A stretch of 64,000 nt of DNA, taken from Leucoraja erinacea (lineage: Eukaryota). A program made the position numbers and the translations under genes. Below, piece after piece: positions 36,015-50,240 of the stretch (position 1 is the first letter of the stretch; each line of letters opens with the position of its first letter). Location: positions 2,852,001 through 2,916,000 of the forward strand of contig NC_073388.1 in assembly GCF_028641065.1 (NCBI RefSeq). The letters are read 5' to 3'. The notes below the pieces were generated by a model. That model was not told where the DNA came from. It did not search any database and saw only the letters and a program-made list of their open reading frames with translations.

Positions 36015-37630
36015 CAGTGCCCTCCATAATGTTTGGAACAAAGACCCATAATTTCTTTGTTTGCCTCTGTACACCACAATTTGAGATTTGTAATAGAAAA
36101 AAAATCACATGTAGTTAAAGTACATATTGCCAGATTTTCATAAAGGCAATGTTTATACATTTTGGTTTCACCATGTAGAAATTACAGCTGTGTTTATATA
36201 TAGTCCCCCCATTTCAGGTCACCATAATGTTTGGGACACAGCAATGTCATGTAAATGAAAGTAGTCTTGTTTAGTATGTCCTTTGCATGCAATGACTGCT
36301 TGTAGTCTGAGACATCATGGACATCACCAGTTGCTGGGTGTCTTCTCTGGTGATGCTGTGCCAGGCCTGTATTACAGCCATCTTTAGCTTATGTTTGTTT
36401 TGGGTGCTAGTACCCCTTCAGTTCTCTCTTCAGCATATAAAAGCTCAATTGGGTTCAGATCAGGTGATTGACTTGGCCACTCAAGAAATGACCATTTTGT
36501 AGCTTTGAAAAACTCCGTTGTTGTTTTAGCAGTATGTTTGGGATCATCGTCTTGATGTAGAATGAACCGCCGGCCAATTAATTTTGATGCATTTGTTTGA
36601 GCAGATAGGTTGTGTCTATACACTTCAGAATTCATTATGCTACTACCATCAGCAGTTGTATCATCAATGAAGATAAGTGAGCCAGTACCTTCAGCAGCCA
36701 TACATGCCAGGCCTTAACATCCTCACCGCCGTATTTCACAGATGAGCTGGTATGCTTTGGATCTTGGGCAGTTCTTTCTCTCCTCCATACTTTGCTCTTG
36801 CCATCACTCTGATATAAATAAGTTAATCTTTGTCTCATCTGTCCACAAGACCTTTTTTCCCAGAACAGTGGTTGCTCTTTTAAGTACGTCTTGGCAATCT
36901 GTAACCTGGCCATCCTATTTTTTGCGGCTAACCAGTGGTGTGCATCTTGCAGTGTAGCCTCTGTATTTCTGTTCATGAAGTCTTCTGTGGACAGTGGTCA
37001 TTGACAAATCCACACCTGACTCCTGAAGAGTGTTTCTGATCTGTCGGACATGTTTGGGGATTTTTCTTTATTATAGATTCTTCTATCATCAGCTGTGGAG
37101 GTCTTCCTTGGCCTGCCAGTCCCCTTGCGATTAGTAAGCTCACCAGTGCTCTCTTTCTTCTTAATGATGTTCCAAACAGTTGATTTTGGCAATCCTAAGG
37201 TTTGGCCGATTTATTCTTGTTTCTCAGTCCCATAATGGCCTCTGACTTTCATTGGCACAACTTAGGTCCTCATATTGATAAACAGCAATAAAAGTTTCCA
37301 AAGGTGATGGAAAGACTGGAGGAAAGACCAGGTACTGAGAGCTCTTATAGCTGCAGTCATGAGGTAATTAAACACACCTGAGCAATTTGAACTCCTGTGA
37401 AGCCATATATCCCAATCATTATGGTGCCCTGAAATGGGGGGACTATGTATAAATACAGCTGTAATTTCTACATGGTGAAACCAAAATGTATAAAAATGGC
37501 CTTTATTAAAATCTGACAATGTGCACTTTAACCACATGTGATTTTCTTCTATTACAAATCTCAAATTGTGGAGTCCAGAGGCAAATAAATAAATGATGGG
37601 ACTTTGTCCCAAACATTATGGAGGGTACTG
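36015..37630 (-). mobile_element. Full-length decayed Tc1-like (IR/DR) DNA transposon
   Basis: TA target duplication at 36013-14 and 37631-32. About 230-bp TIRs (cagtgccctccataatgtttgg...) with inner direct repeats near 36220 and 37410. Frameshifted transposase pieces STVWNIIKK..GRPRKT, HQDDDPKH and WPSQSPDLNPIE. Confidence 0.95.
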
Positions 37631-40600
37631 TAAATTGTTTCCTTGTGGCATAAGTATAATTGTGCAGTGGTGTTCCATTTAACATGCTAGCTCATAATCC
37701 GCGTACCTGCGTGTCAGCATAGTTCCATCCTGCTCACCTCATTTTAGTTCAAATGATAACAAATATATTTAATGCCTGTAACTTTAAATACATTAAATAA
37801 ATTTCTACTGATATTTTCAACATTCTCAATATCTCACTGTCAGTTTTAATGGTTGGAAAAAAATACACTTTAAGAACCAAATTCCTCTCAAAAGTGTTTT
37901 GATTTGATAATCCAATTGTGACATTAAACCTCTAACAGACACACGTAACAACATAAAACACTGGAGACTTGATTGGAATTACTTTATCCTAATATAACAC
38001 TGAAATGGATGCAAAACTAGTAATACATCTGAACTTTGACAAAATGAACACGATGGATTGGCATCTATGTATTGCCAACTCGGGCATCTGTGTGTTCCTG
38101 TTCTGATGTATCAACAGAAGCAGTGGTGCACGATAAACAGCCTGTGTTTACACAAGGGATTTGATGAAGTTAGTTTTGTGGCCAAAATGAAAAGGCAAGC
38201 TGTACTGTTGTGCGACATCACCACAATAATTTAATTGCATTACCTTCAATGGTAGTCACGTCCTTAATTTATCTGTTATAATCAAAAAAAATTATAAATC
38301 ACACGATACAGAAATATAAAATGTGGGTGCAAATATAATAGAATATTTAAAATGTTTTATCAAAACTAAGAATGTTATGTGGAACAGCAGGGAAGGGGAG
38401 AATCTGAGTTTCTAATCTCAGTTGGTTTACGTGGAAATAAGATTGTTCTTTGATGGTCACAATCCCAATCACAGGACACTATAACATTCATAGAAACACC
38501 GTGATGGATTGGGAAATGAATAAGTGTATAGCTGCAGCCAATTCCACCACTGAATTACACTTCTTACCACCAATTATATTTCCTACATGATATCCATCCA
38601 CCTTGTCCCATCTGTCGGCGTTTGAGAATTCAGACACATTGGGACTCTTGTACTTCTGATATTTTTCCAATAGTGTATATTAATGGCATCGCTCTCCTCT
38701 CTCAGACCCAATCTTTACATCTCCCGATTAGTTTAGTTATACTGTGTGGAAACAGACCCTTCAGCCCACAGGGTTCATGCCAACCAGCGATCACCCGTAC
38801 ACTAATTCTATCCTACACACTAGGGACAATTGACATCATCCAATTAATCTACAAACCTGCACGCTTTGGGATGTGGGAAGAAACCCGAGCACCCAGAGAA
38901 AGCACACCCAGTCAGAAAGAATGTGCAAACTCCACACGGACAGCACCCGTGGTCAGGATCGAACCCGGGTCTCAGGCGCTGTGAGGCAGCAACTCTACCT
39001 CCTTGCGACTGTACACAATTAGTTACCTATATTGGCCTCCCCTTTTCAAGCTGGTGAACTGCTTTTGCACTTAACCTTTACTGTGGAATTCTGCAAATAT
39101 CTGGATTACTAGTCACCCCATTGGTAAAACTATTAAACAATAACCTGGATTTGTGACACCAAATGTTTCTGGATGCTGCATCATCCTTGCAAGAACATGC
39201 ACAGTAAAGCAAAAATTCACCACCTTCCATTCTATTTGGTCCACAAGGGATATGACCAGGTTAGATTGTTTGCCAACTTCAATGTGTGTTGACAGATATA
39301 CAATGCTCTCAGATGGCAGATATTAGAGGTTTTGTTTTATTCAAGCAGTTTTTTGGATCTAACTGTCACAGATTGTACAGTCCCTGCTCATTCTACAATC
39401 ATTTGTGATAATCGTAACTGCCCTCTCAAATTAGTTTCCTCTAAGGTTTCTCAGGAAGAAAATTCATGGTTTTCTGTATCTCCCGAGTATGGTTGCATCA
39501 CATAATCTGGCTTCACAAGTGTATAAGCTTTAGACCCAAGGATCTTGAATAAGAATATTAATATACAGAATGTACACATTTTGCTATTCTTTGGCCAATT
39601 TACTGATAGCTTGATTCCACAAAGAACAGTTTGAAAGTGCCCGAGCTCATTTCCCCTCCAATCAAGAGTCTAGCCACTGCATCAATGTAGACTGAAAGAA
39701 ACTTGGCTTCAAGATGTGAACTGGCAGGGCGGTTTCATGATGCCGCCTGGTTCTTTTCCCAAGCAGTATCAAAAGGAAGTGACAACATTTCCTCCATTTG
39801 TAAGTTATTGACATTGGAATATGATCCAGGATGTGTGGGGAATGAATGATAAACGTTTTTCTGTCGTGCAATTGTTTATTGTATGTACAACTAACAGAAT
39901 TTGCAGACAGATGAAAAACTATATTGGTATCTTGATGTTCTCTGCTTTAATTTGAGACCTTTCTAATCAGGTTTAATGATGGTTACTGTAGCCTCTACTA
40001 CTTTTAAAATGAATCTTGGCTGACCATTTCCCCTCGCCATTATTGAGGGGAGCTTCTAACACTGGGTAAAGGGCAACAGACATCACTGCTGTAGGGGGCT
40101 AATCCCGAGCTTCCATATAGTCTTGGTTACATATTTGAAAAGTGATAAGGAATCATACCAAAATCTAAATTTGGATTGCATACAATATATTTGACAACAG
40201 TTAAGAGGCAATTAAAATGTTAATGAGAAACTGGTCAAACCCATCTTCCTCTGAAGGCTCCAACTTACTTAGTACTGCCCAATTTGGATTGAAGTGCAGC
40301 ATATTAAAGAAATGTTAACAAAACATTTGACAGCAACCCAGTGAAAGGAAGGGACAATCAGTTGGACAATTGTCATAGATGCTTTTGAATTATCTTATCT
40401 TTTAAATTCCTGACAGAACAAGTCTCCTCATCTTGAGCAATGAGCCAAATCCCAATACTGACAACATCTCCTATGTGAATCCACAGTCCACAAATTCACA
40501 AGAGTGCAAGTGTATATTAAAAAGTCTCATATTTTTGAGTCGATTGCAAAGGATAATGGATTAAATTATATTTCACTCAAATGGCTGGTGGCTTTCCAGA

Positions 40601-41790
40601 TATAAGACATTTGCTGCAGTGAATTGAAGGCATCTTTTAGCATCTAGTGCAGCAATAGTCAAACGTTTGTGCAAAGTATGGGTGACTGATCTTCAAACTT
40701 TTCCCTATATCTGAACATGGAATATTTATATCCTCACAATCAAAATATGAAGTTGAATGGCTTAGTCAACACGAGCCAGAATACATTTCAAGCACAATGC
40801 AAGAACTGTAAGAATATTGTAATTACAAAATTCTTCTATTTAGCCTTGGTGAAGTTGAAAGGGCACTGATCTTATTTTTGGCTAATCCTCAAATCAGCAG
40901 GAAATGATGGTTTGTCCGTTTTGTCAGACTTCGGAATGTTTCTTGAATGAACTGGAAACCAAGGTGGCTCTCTATTAAATACCAAATTTGGCAATGAAAT
41001 AAACCAGACCATAATGGCCAGCTTATCCTGGCTTGTTCACTGTGGAAGCACAATACATACAAACAGGCTTGCACCACCAAGAATTCCAGGTGCGGATCTC
41101 GGCTTTGAAAGTACCATGAACGTCGTGACATCGGCCAGAACTTAAATTTGCTCAGACTTCCTTACAAAGTTACAGTAATTTCACACAAAATTCATATTTA
41201 GCAGTTTCAAAATCTATTGAAAACATTAAATTCTTGTCTCCCCATAGACTTTGTCCAACTCAGTGCCACCACTTTTGGTCATTCATGTTGGATGTTTTGT
41301 ATATTTTAATGAAATTTGAGTTGAGTTGACTTGAGTTTATTGTCACGTGTACAGTGAGAAGCTTTTGTTGCCTGCTAACCAGTCAGCAGAAGGACAATAC
41401 AGGATTACAATTGAGCCATCCACCGTGTACAGAGGAAATGTTGCTGTCAGAGTAGAGATTTAAGAGTAGAGTCAGAGTGATACAGTGCAGAACCAGGCCC
41501 TTCGGCCCAACTTTCCCACTCCGGCCAATTCTGGTCCTCGATTCCCCTACTCTGGGGAAGAGACTGAGCAATTGTAACGTGTGATTGCAGATCTACTTCT
41601 GTGGCTAGCACACAAAGAGTCGCCTGGGTTGGACACCATCTTGCCATGGGGCATCCTGTCCCATGTGCTTCAGTTGATATATTAAGTGATGCACAGGAAA
41701 CAAAAAAGAGTGAGCATCCACTCTTCTGCACAAGCAACACTGGAATACCTCAGGAAGCTTTTTCTCCATGCAAATTTCAGAATACTTCGG

Positions 41791-42240
41791 GACAATAGAT
41801 GCAGGAGCAGGCCATTCGGCCATTCGAGCCAGCACCGCCATTCAATGTAATCATGACTGATCATCCACAATCAGTACCCCGTTCCTGCATTCTCCCCATA
41901 TCCCCTGACTCCGCTATCTTTAAGAGCTCTAACTCATTCTTGAAAGCATCCAGAGAATTGGCCTCCACTGCCTTCTGAGGCAGAGAATTCAACAGACTCA
42001 CAACTCTCTGGGTGACAACGTTTTTCCTCATCTCCGTTCTAAATGGCCTACCCCTTATTATTAAACTGTGGCCCCTGGTTCTGGACTCCCCCAACATCGG
42101 GAACATGTTTCCTGCCTCTAGCGTGTCCAATCCCTTAATAATCTTATATGTTTCAATACGATCCTCTCTCATCCCTCTAAATTCCAGTGTATACAAGCCC
42201 AGTCACTCCATTCTTTCAACATATGACAGTCCCGCCATCT
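41791..42240 (-). mobile_element. CR1 LINE 3' fragment
   Basis: ORF 41861..42196 plus tail. Confidence 0.9.
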
Positions 42241-43833
42241 CAGGAAAATAGATCACAGTTGACTGAAGCATGCACTGGGAGACTGCAGACAATTTTCAAT
42301 CAGTGGTCTTAATGAAACTGCTGAAGATTACCATCATCAAGATAAAGTATTTGAATGAAGACCATAAGTGGATTGGGGCTGTACATGCTGAAACAGACCA
42401 CAGCAAATGAAAATAAAATGCTGGAGTAGCTCAGGCAGCATCTCTGGAGATCACGGATAGGTGATGTTTCAGGTCAAACTTCCTCAGGCTGGACAACAAC
42501 AAATCCTTTTGATCTTCCCCTCCTCTAATTTTGTGGATTCTGATATTGCAAGAACAAGATGAAATGTTTTGACTACTTGTTTCTCTCATCAGATGCCTGT
42601 CCCGCTGACTTTCCCCAGCAGCTCTCCTTTATTTGGCTTCAAATCCTGTGGGGCCCTCATGATCATGAACTTTAATAGTGCAGTCATTCTGTCTTCATGC
42701 CACAATCTGCCCCCAGACCAAATTTCTACGTCGTGAGCAATAGTCGGTCATTATGGTTTAAGATGGAGATGCTCGCTTGAGGCAATATTTGAAATTAAGT
42801 CCCAAAGCCTGATTTCTAAATAAGATTAATTAGATTCCTACAGACACCCGATTGAGACTGATAACAGAGCCTTTTATTATATATGAAAATATTAGAAATA
42901 AAAAGATACACTAATCTTAGTGAAGCAAATTAGGTTTAAAATAAGGACATTTCTTCATCTCAGTCACAACTAAACAAAACATTTGATAAGTCACTTGCAC
43001 AATGCAAGCATTCCAGGAACATGTTGGAACCAGATATAAAACATGCAAGCAATGCTTAAAATGGAACCACCATCAACCACAAACATGTCAAAACTGCTGA
43101 GAAAGATGAAAACAAGTCTTACTTCACAAGAAAATGAAAATAAAACAAAGCTGAATAAATGATAGTGCAGCAGAAAGTTGAAAAAACATTAAAATACCCA
43201 AAACACTGGAAAAGGAAAATAAAAATCCCTCTCGTTCAGCAATATTCATACATTGAAATTGGCCATTTACACATTCTTTTAAAAAGTGTAGTATATTTTA
43301 AAAGTTAAGCAATAGCAATCTGATATTCCATAAACTGAAAGAATACAATGCAAAAGAAAGTTGAAGTTCCATAAACTTCTAGGCTTCTTGGGTATTTTCA
43401 TCTGACTAACAAGTATTACTGCTCATTTTATGCACGTTTGGCTTCCAGTTTCATCGTAGCAAAGAGGTTTAAATCTCATTTCTAGCCAATATATCCAAAA
43501 GGTGATGTCATATCATATGAAAACTAGTCTGAAGTCATAACATGAACAAGACTGAAAGAAGGGTCTCGACCCGAAGCGTCTCTACAGAGATGCTACCCGT
43601 CTCGCTGAGTTATCCCAGCATTTTGTGTTAATCGCATGAAAACTAACTTGTTTTGAATTACCAAAGATGGGACTCAAGATCGACTTATTTGATTGGTGTC
43701 CTGATTGACAGATTAAATTCCATCCAACACAGATGTAGTGCATCACCAGGAAGGCTTGAACAGGGATACCAAGTTCTATTGGGTTATGAAAAGTTCCTGT
43801 ACAGGATGAACCATCAAACACAAGGGGACTTAC

Positions 43834-43997
43834 AGAAACAAATTCATTGAAGCTGATCCTGCAGTCTTTGTCTTTGTCACCTTCGGTCATTAGATTCTGA
43901 ACGATTTCTCTTATTTTGTATCCTGGCAATGAAACATTGGCTTCACGGAGAAGATCATGGAGTTCAGAGTCACAAATGTAGCCATTGCTGTTGAGAT
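43834..43997 (-). CDS. PLS3: Plastin-3 coding exon 2 (EF-hands 1 and 2: [12 protein letters not shown]...[12 protein letters not shown])
   Basis: 164 nt, cag/gtaagt boundaries, in phase with the neighbouring exons; lies within ORF 43582..44004. Confidence 0.96.
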
Positions 43998-44419
43998 CTG
44001 GCAAGAAAAACGTTTATTTTAGAAAAATAAATCGCAGAAATGGTCATTTCTGCCAATCAAGAATACTTGATCTACTCAGTTTATTATTTCACATTATTTA
44101 ATAGATACTGCCCCTTTATGGCTAGTTTGAAGGTTAAATCAACACATGTTGGTTTGCTATGGTCTTGCATCCTAAAATAGAAAATTAGAATTAACTCAGC
44201 AATTCTTTCTATCCAGGATTCACACTGAATCGACAATCCAATTTTTGCTCGGTCAGGAAATTCCAGATAAACTTTAAACGCTTTATCTGAAGCTGATGGG
44301 CAACAATTTGCATCAGTGCTTTAATCATCGTGAATATAATGAAAATAGTTTCTAAATAAAAAAAAAAATCATAGGTACAAATCAAATGCACAAAAACTTG
44401 CATCAGAAATCAGACTACA

Positions 44420-45870
44420 CCTCCTATATTTTTAAAAAGGGAGGGAGAGAGAAGATGGGGAATTACAGACCAGTTAGTCTAACATCGGTAGTAGTAGGGA
44501 AATTGCTAGAGTCAGTTATTAAAGATGGGATAGCAGCACATTTGGAAAGTGGTGAAATCATTGGACAAAGTCAGCATGGATTCACGAAAGGTAAATCACG
44601 TCTGACGAATCTTATAGAATTTTTCGAGAATGTAACTAGTAGAGTGGATAAGGGAGAACCAGTGGATGTGTTATATGTGGACTTTCAGAAGGCTTTCGAC
44701 AAGGTCCCACATAAGAGATTGGTATACAAACCTAAAGCACACGGTATTGGGGGTTCAGTATTGATGTGGATAGAGAATTGGCTGGCAAACAGGAAGCAAA
44801 GAGTAGGAGTAAACGGGTCCTTTTCACAATGGCAGACAGTGACTAGTGGGGTACTGCAAGGCTCAGTGCTGGGATCCCAGCTATTTACAATATATATTAA
44901 AGATTTGGACGAGGGAATTGAATGCAACATCTCCAAGTTTGCGGATGACACTAAGCTGGGGGCAGTGTTAGCTGTGAGGAGGATGTTAGGTGGCTGCAAG
45001 GCGACTTGGATAGGCTGGGTGAGTGGGCAAATGTATGGCAGATGCAGTATAATGTGGATAAATGTGAGGTTATCCACTTTGGTGGCAAAAACAGGAAAGC
45101 TGACTATTACCTAAATGGTGGCCAATTAGGAAAAGGGGAGATGCAACGAGACCTGGGTGTCATGGTACACCAGTCATTGTAAGTAGGCATGCAGGTGCAG
45201 CAGGCAGTGAAGAAAGCAAATGGTATGTTAGCATTCATAGCAAAAGGATTTGAGTATAGGAGCAGGGAGGTTCTACTGCAGTTGTACAGGGTCTTGGTGA
45301 GACCACATCCTGGAATATTGCGTACAGTTTTGGTCTCCAAATCTGTGGAAGGACATTATTGTCATAGAGGGAGCGCAGAGAAGGTTCACCAGACTGATTC
45401 CTGGGATGTCAGGACTTTCATATGAAGAAAGACTGGGTAGACTCAGCTTATACTCGCTAGAATTTAGGAGATTGAGGGGGGATCTTATAGAAACTTACAA
45501 AATTCTTAAGAGGTTGGACAGGCTAGATGCAGGAAGATTGTTCCCGATGTTGGGGAAGTCCAGGACAAGGAGTCACAGCTTAAGGATAAGGGGGAAATCC
45601 TTTAAGACCGAGATGAGAAAAACATTTTTTCACACAGAGAGTGGTGAATCTCTGGAATTCTCTGCCACAGAGGGTAGTTGAGGCCACAGTTCATGGGCTA
45701 TATTTAAGAGGGAGTTAGATGTGGCCCTTGTGGCTAAATGGATCAGGGGGTATGGAGAGAAGGCAGGTACAGGATACTGAGTTGGATGATCAGCCATGAT
45801 CATATTGAATGGCGGTGCAGGCTCGAAGGGCCGAATGGCCTACTCCTGCACCTATTTTCTATGTATCTAT
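44420..45870 (+). mobile_element. Young 5'-truncated CR1/HER1 LINE with RT domain
   Basis: ORF 44386..45114 with [30 protein letters not shown] and KFADDTKL; few frameshifts; complete tail. Confidence 0.95.
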
Positions 45871-47549
45871 ATGTTGAAATAAATTATTTATTTAAGTTAC
45901 TTTAACAGTAACCAACACAATTTCCTTGCCACCTTTAAGCTCATTCTCATCGACAAAACTCAACTTCATATGATTGTTCATAGAAAGTGTGGAGATCAAA
46001 GTATTTAATTGAGGGAGCTAAACTCACTAATATGCGCTGTGAGGGGAAGAATCAAAGGCTCATATATTGCAGCTTAAATTATTTGGTATGCTGGATAATG
46101 AACCATTAATTGACTGGCGCAGTTTTTGCTTCTGTCCATTCCGACCAATACAAGTCGCTTTCAACAAATTGTAGTTTCAAGGAACCACTTTAATGGGTAC
46201 ACACAAACTGGAAATTAAATTAATAATCCAAACAAATGCATGTTGTAGAGCATTTTTGCATGTTGTAGAGCATAACCATATGCAAAGTGGTGCATACATT
46301 GTGTAACTTACCTTGCACCACTTTTGCATCACTATCTCAATGAATGAAAATCAAATTACCCAAGCCTTTATTCCAGGCAGTAGACAAATTTCCAACATGC
46401 AAACATAGGGTGGAGTTGGTTGAAGGGGGGGGGGGGGGGGGGGGGGGGGTATCAGATGATTTTGACATATGCCACAAGACTGGAAGTCACAGTTGCAATG
46501 GAAAATCAAATCAATTAGACAGATTAGTGAACCATGGAACAATTCCCCAAAAGAGATCTACAGCAAAATTGTTTTATTGAAATTGGATACATTTGGTTTA
46601 TTCTCAACGGAACATAGGAGGCTGAGGGGTGACCTTGGAGGATTTCAAATTATATGGGACATAGATGGAATATAGTCAGCATCTTCACTCCAGGGCAGGA
46701 GAGTGTAAAACTGGAGAGTAAAGAATGGTCCCGACCGAAAATGTCACCGATCCATGTTCCCCAGAGATGTGTAGGAAAGAACTGCAGATGCTATTTTATT
46801 TTCTATTCTTTTTAATGACTGTTTTCGATTGCTCTTTAATGCTGTGTAAAGCACTTTGAATTACCTTGTTGATGAAATGAGCTATATAAATAAACTTGCT
46901 TGCTCGCTAGTTTAAAATCGAAGATAGACACAAAATGCTGGCGTAACACAGCAGGACAGGCAATGTCTTTGGATAGAAGGAATGGGTGACATTTCGGGTA
47001 GAGACCCTTCTTCAGACTCGTTCTCCAGAGATGTTGCCTGACCCGCTGAGTTGCTCAAGCATTTGGTGTCTTTTTTTGGCAAACCAGCATCTGTAGTTGC
47101 TTGTGTCTACCTAAAACTAGAAAGCGCAGGTTAATGTGAAAGGGAAGAAATTTGAAGAGGTGAAAAGGTACGTTTATCCACCCAGAAAGGCGGGGAATAT
47201 TTGGAACGAGCTGCCAGAGGTGATGGTGGACGCAGATGCTAGAACATTATTTCAAAGGTATTTCAACAAGAACATGGATGGTAAAGCAGAGACAAAGCGA
47301 ATTCAGACAGGTTGGCATTATTGTCAGCAAGGATAACGTGGGCCATTGAGAGCCTGTGTCGGTGCTATATATTTCTCCAATTCTCTGAAATCCAAGATAC
47401 ATAAATTGTTTAAAAAGGGCCATCTTCTGATCATGTTTATGGTACCACTTTGTCCCAGTGCACGTCACTGGACATTTATCACTCATTGCTGAGAGTTTCT
47501 GGACACCATTTGGTTTTGTATGAATTAGTCAGGAGGCAATAACACTCAC

Positions 47550-47616
47550 CAACTTTAGCAAAAGCTTCTCTGAGCTCTTCCAGATCATCCTTGGCAATCT
47601 GTGTAACGGTATCCAT
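47550..47616 (-). CDS. PLS3: Plastin-3 coding exon 1 of 15 (MDTVTQIAKDDLEELREAFAKV); the exon extends 5' as UTR to 47660
   Basis: ATG at 47616-47614 in strong context (gaaATGG). Donor GTGAGT at 47549-47544. Acceptor polypyrimidine tract plus AG at 47662-47661. Translation resembles the PLS3 N-terminus (TQISKDELDELKEAFAKV). Confidence 0.93.
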
Positions 47617-49459
47617 TTCCTTTCTCACCAATGCAATCCAGCCAGTTTACTAATTCAAAGCTAAAAAGAAGAAAAAAAGTCCTTTATAAGGGACTGGAAT
47701 TGGCAGAATTGTTTTTTTTCTTGGCACCTCATGAAATATTATGACGTTTAGGAACTTTCCAACCATCTCTTGCAAGATCAAGTGTGCTCATCATCACAAT
47801 AACCAGGAAACTATAAATATGGTGCAAAATAACTGCACTTTGGGAAGTCAGAAACAGACATTGCAGATGCTGGATGTATAAACTAAAAGCAGAAAATGCT
47901 GGGAATTCAGGCCACGACATATCTGTGTTTATCTTCCCACAGATGTAGCCGGACCTGGTGAGTATTACCAGCATTTTGTTTTGATTAAGGACCTTACTGC
48001 CACTGAACACATATACCACATGCAGGACTTATGACTGTACTAAAAAAGCAAACCCAACGAGCACAAATGTGATTCGTTGAAATATGCTGACATAATTTGC
48101 CGAACATACATCATACATTTCTCACCACGCATATCAAATATGGTTACATTAAGCAAATAAAACAAAAGAAAACTTATTTTAAATGTACAGCACCAAGAGC
48201 CTTCATGTCCACAAAAAAAAATTCTAAATTACTTCAGATGTTGTTCATAGTGTACAAATTGCAGTCATTGCAAAATGGTCAGGAGTTAAGGTCTTATTGG
48301 ACTTGACTTGGTGGTGAAGCAGCAGTTGTCTACAAGAACCACAGCAATCCATGCGATGAAGACACTTCGAGTGTGATAGGGTAGGGAATTCCACAATTTT
48401 AATAAAATAAGAACTGAATATGGATAGGATTATTTGACAGGAGGCCTGGAGGAGTTAGATACTGTGCACCTGCTATCCTTCAATTATAGCAACATTTTAC
48501 AGACAATTGGGCAGGTACACAAATAGGAAAGGTTTGGAGGGATATCAGCCAAACGTGGGCAGGTGGGACTAGTGTCGATGGGGCATCTTGGTCGGCGTGG
48601 GCAAGTAGGACCTGCTTCAATGCTGTATCACTAACTCTTTGCGTGAATTAAATTCGGACAGTACAGTTTTCTTTATAGCAGTAATCTTCTGTGGCATAGA
48701 ATGTTTGAATCCAATCACACAACATTATTCTCTACATAGTTCTTTTCCAACCTAAGTGTGGATGTTCAAAGAGTATCTGCTCTTTACCACCAACCGCAAT
48801 AGAATTTCCAATAAACATTGGTTACACAAATACATTCCGTCCTTTGAGCAGTTGCACAAAAATTCAAGCCAACATTGATGTTTCCCAACTCAAACCCATT
48901 TATACTTTGAGAAAATCTATGAGGTACTAACATAACAACTGCTTGTGTTTAAGGGTTTCACCCATTCTTTATTTTAATGTTTACCAAAATGCTCTGAGTT
49001 ACAACTACCACAGAATCAGACACGTCAACACTTGGGCAAGTTCCAACTCTTGTCATAGAAACAAGGAACTGCAGATGTTGGTTTACAAAAAAGGCAACAC
49101 AAAGTGCTGAAAAACCTCAGCAGGTCAGCAGTCTGAAGAAAGGTGCTGAAACATCTATTCATGTTCTCCAGAGATGCTGCCTGACCCAGTTAGTTGCTCC
49201 AGCACTTTTACATTTTGTTTCCTAACAAATGTCATTGCACTAGGAAGCATTACACTGAAAATGCACTGCTACTCTTTGAAACACAACTCAAAGCTTTACA
49301 ACTGAAGGCCAAAAGGTTTTCCATCTCAAATTGGGCTAATCTTGTGTTTTAAGGGAATCGATGCCTATTCATGTCTATGCTGCTAGCAGCAGTAATTGAT
49401 CACACTCCTGGAATAAGAACATGCGTGAATTTTCAATAAGCCATCATAATGTTTCGAAC

Positions 49460-50240
49460 AAAGGTAGACACAAAATGCTGGAACATACAACAGCTCTGAA
49501 CAGAAGGAATGGGTGACGTTTCGGGTCGAGAACCTTCTTCAGAAAGATTCAGGGAGAGGGAGACAGAGATAAGGAAGGGTAAAGTGTGTGAAAACAAGAC
49601 ATCAAAAGAGATGCAGATCAAGGAAAATGTAGAATAGATCATTGTCAGCTGGGACAAGGTGACGACAAAGCAAACCGGAGATAAAATGTAATCGGAGATG
49701 TCAGGTTGGTCGAAGAACTGGGGAGGGGAGGGATAGAGGGAGAAGGAAGGCAAGGGCTATTTGAAGTTGGAGAAGTCAATATTCATACGGCAGGGGTGTA
49801 AGCTGCCCAAGCGAAATATGAGGTGCTGTTCCTCCAATTTGCGCTGGGCCTCACTCTGACAATGGAGGAGGCCCAGGACAGAAAGGTTGTTGTGGGAATG
49901 GGAGGGGGAGTTAAAGCGTTTAGCAGCCGGCAGATCGGGTCGGTTTAGGCAGTCTGAGCAGTGGTGTTCAGCTAATTTATCACCAAGCCTGCACTTGGAC
50001 TCGCCGATAAATAGGAGTCCACACCTGGAACAGCGGAAGCAGTAGATGAGGTTGGAGGTGGTGCAAGTGAACCTCTGCCTCACCTGAAAAGACTGTCGGG
50101 GTCCTTGTAAGAAATAGAGGGAGGAGGTATAGGGACAGATGTTGCATCTCGTGTGGTTACAGGGGAAAGTACTTCGAGGGTGATTTAAGGGTGGTTTGGG
50201 TGGGAAGGGACAAGTTAACCAGGGAGTTGTGGAGGGAATA
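49460..50240 (-). mobile_element. Penelope-like retroelement remnant: GIY-YIG endonuclease plus terminal repeat with hammerhead motif (49513-49542)
   Basis: ORF 49757..50083 FTCTTSNLIYCFRCSRCGLLFIGESK.RL...EH...FN...LEEQHLIFRLGSL.P..MN. Confidence 0.9.

Noticed and set aside
44386-45114. 242-aa reverse transcriptase ORF as a functional or domesticated gene
   Set aside because: It is a 5'-truncated CR1 with downstream frameshifts and is nearly identical to other local copies.
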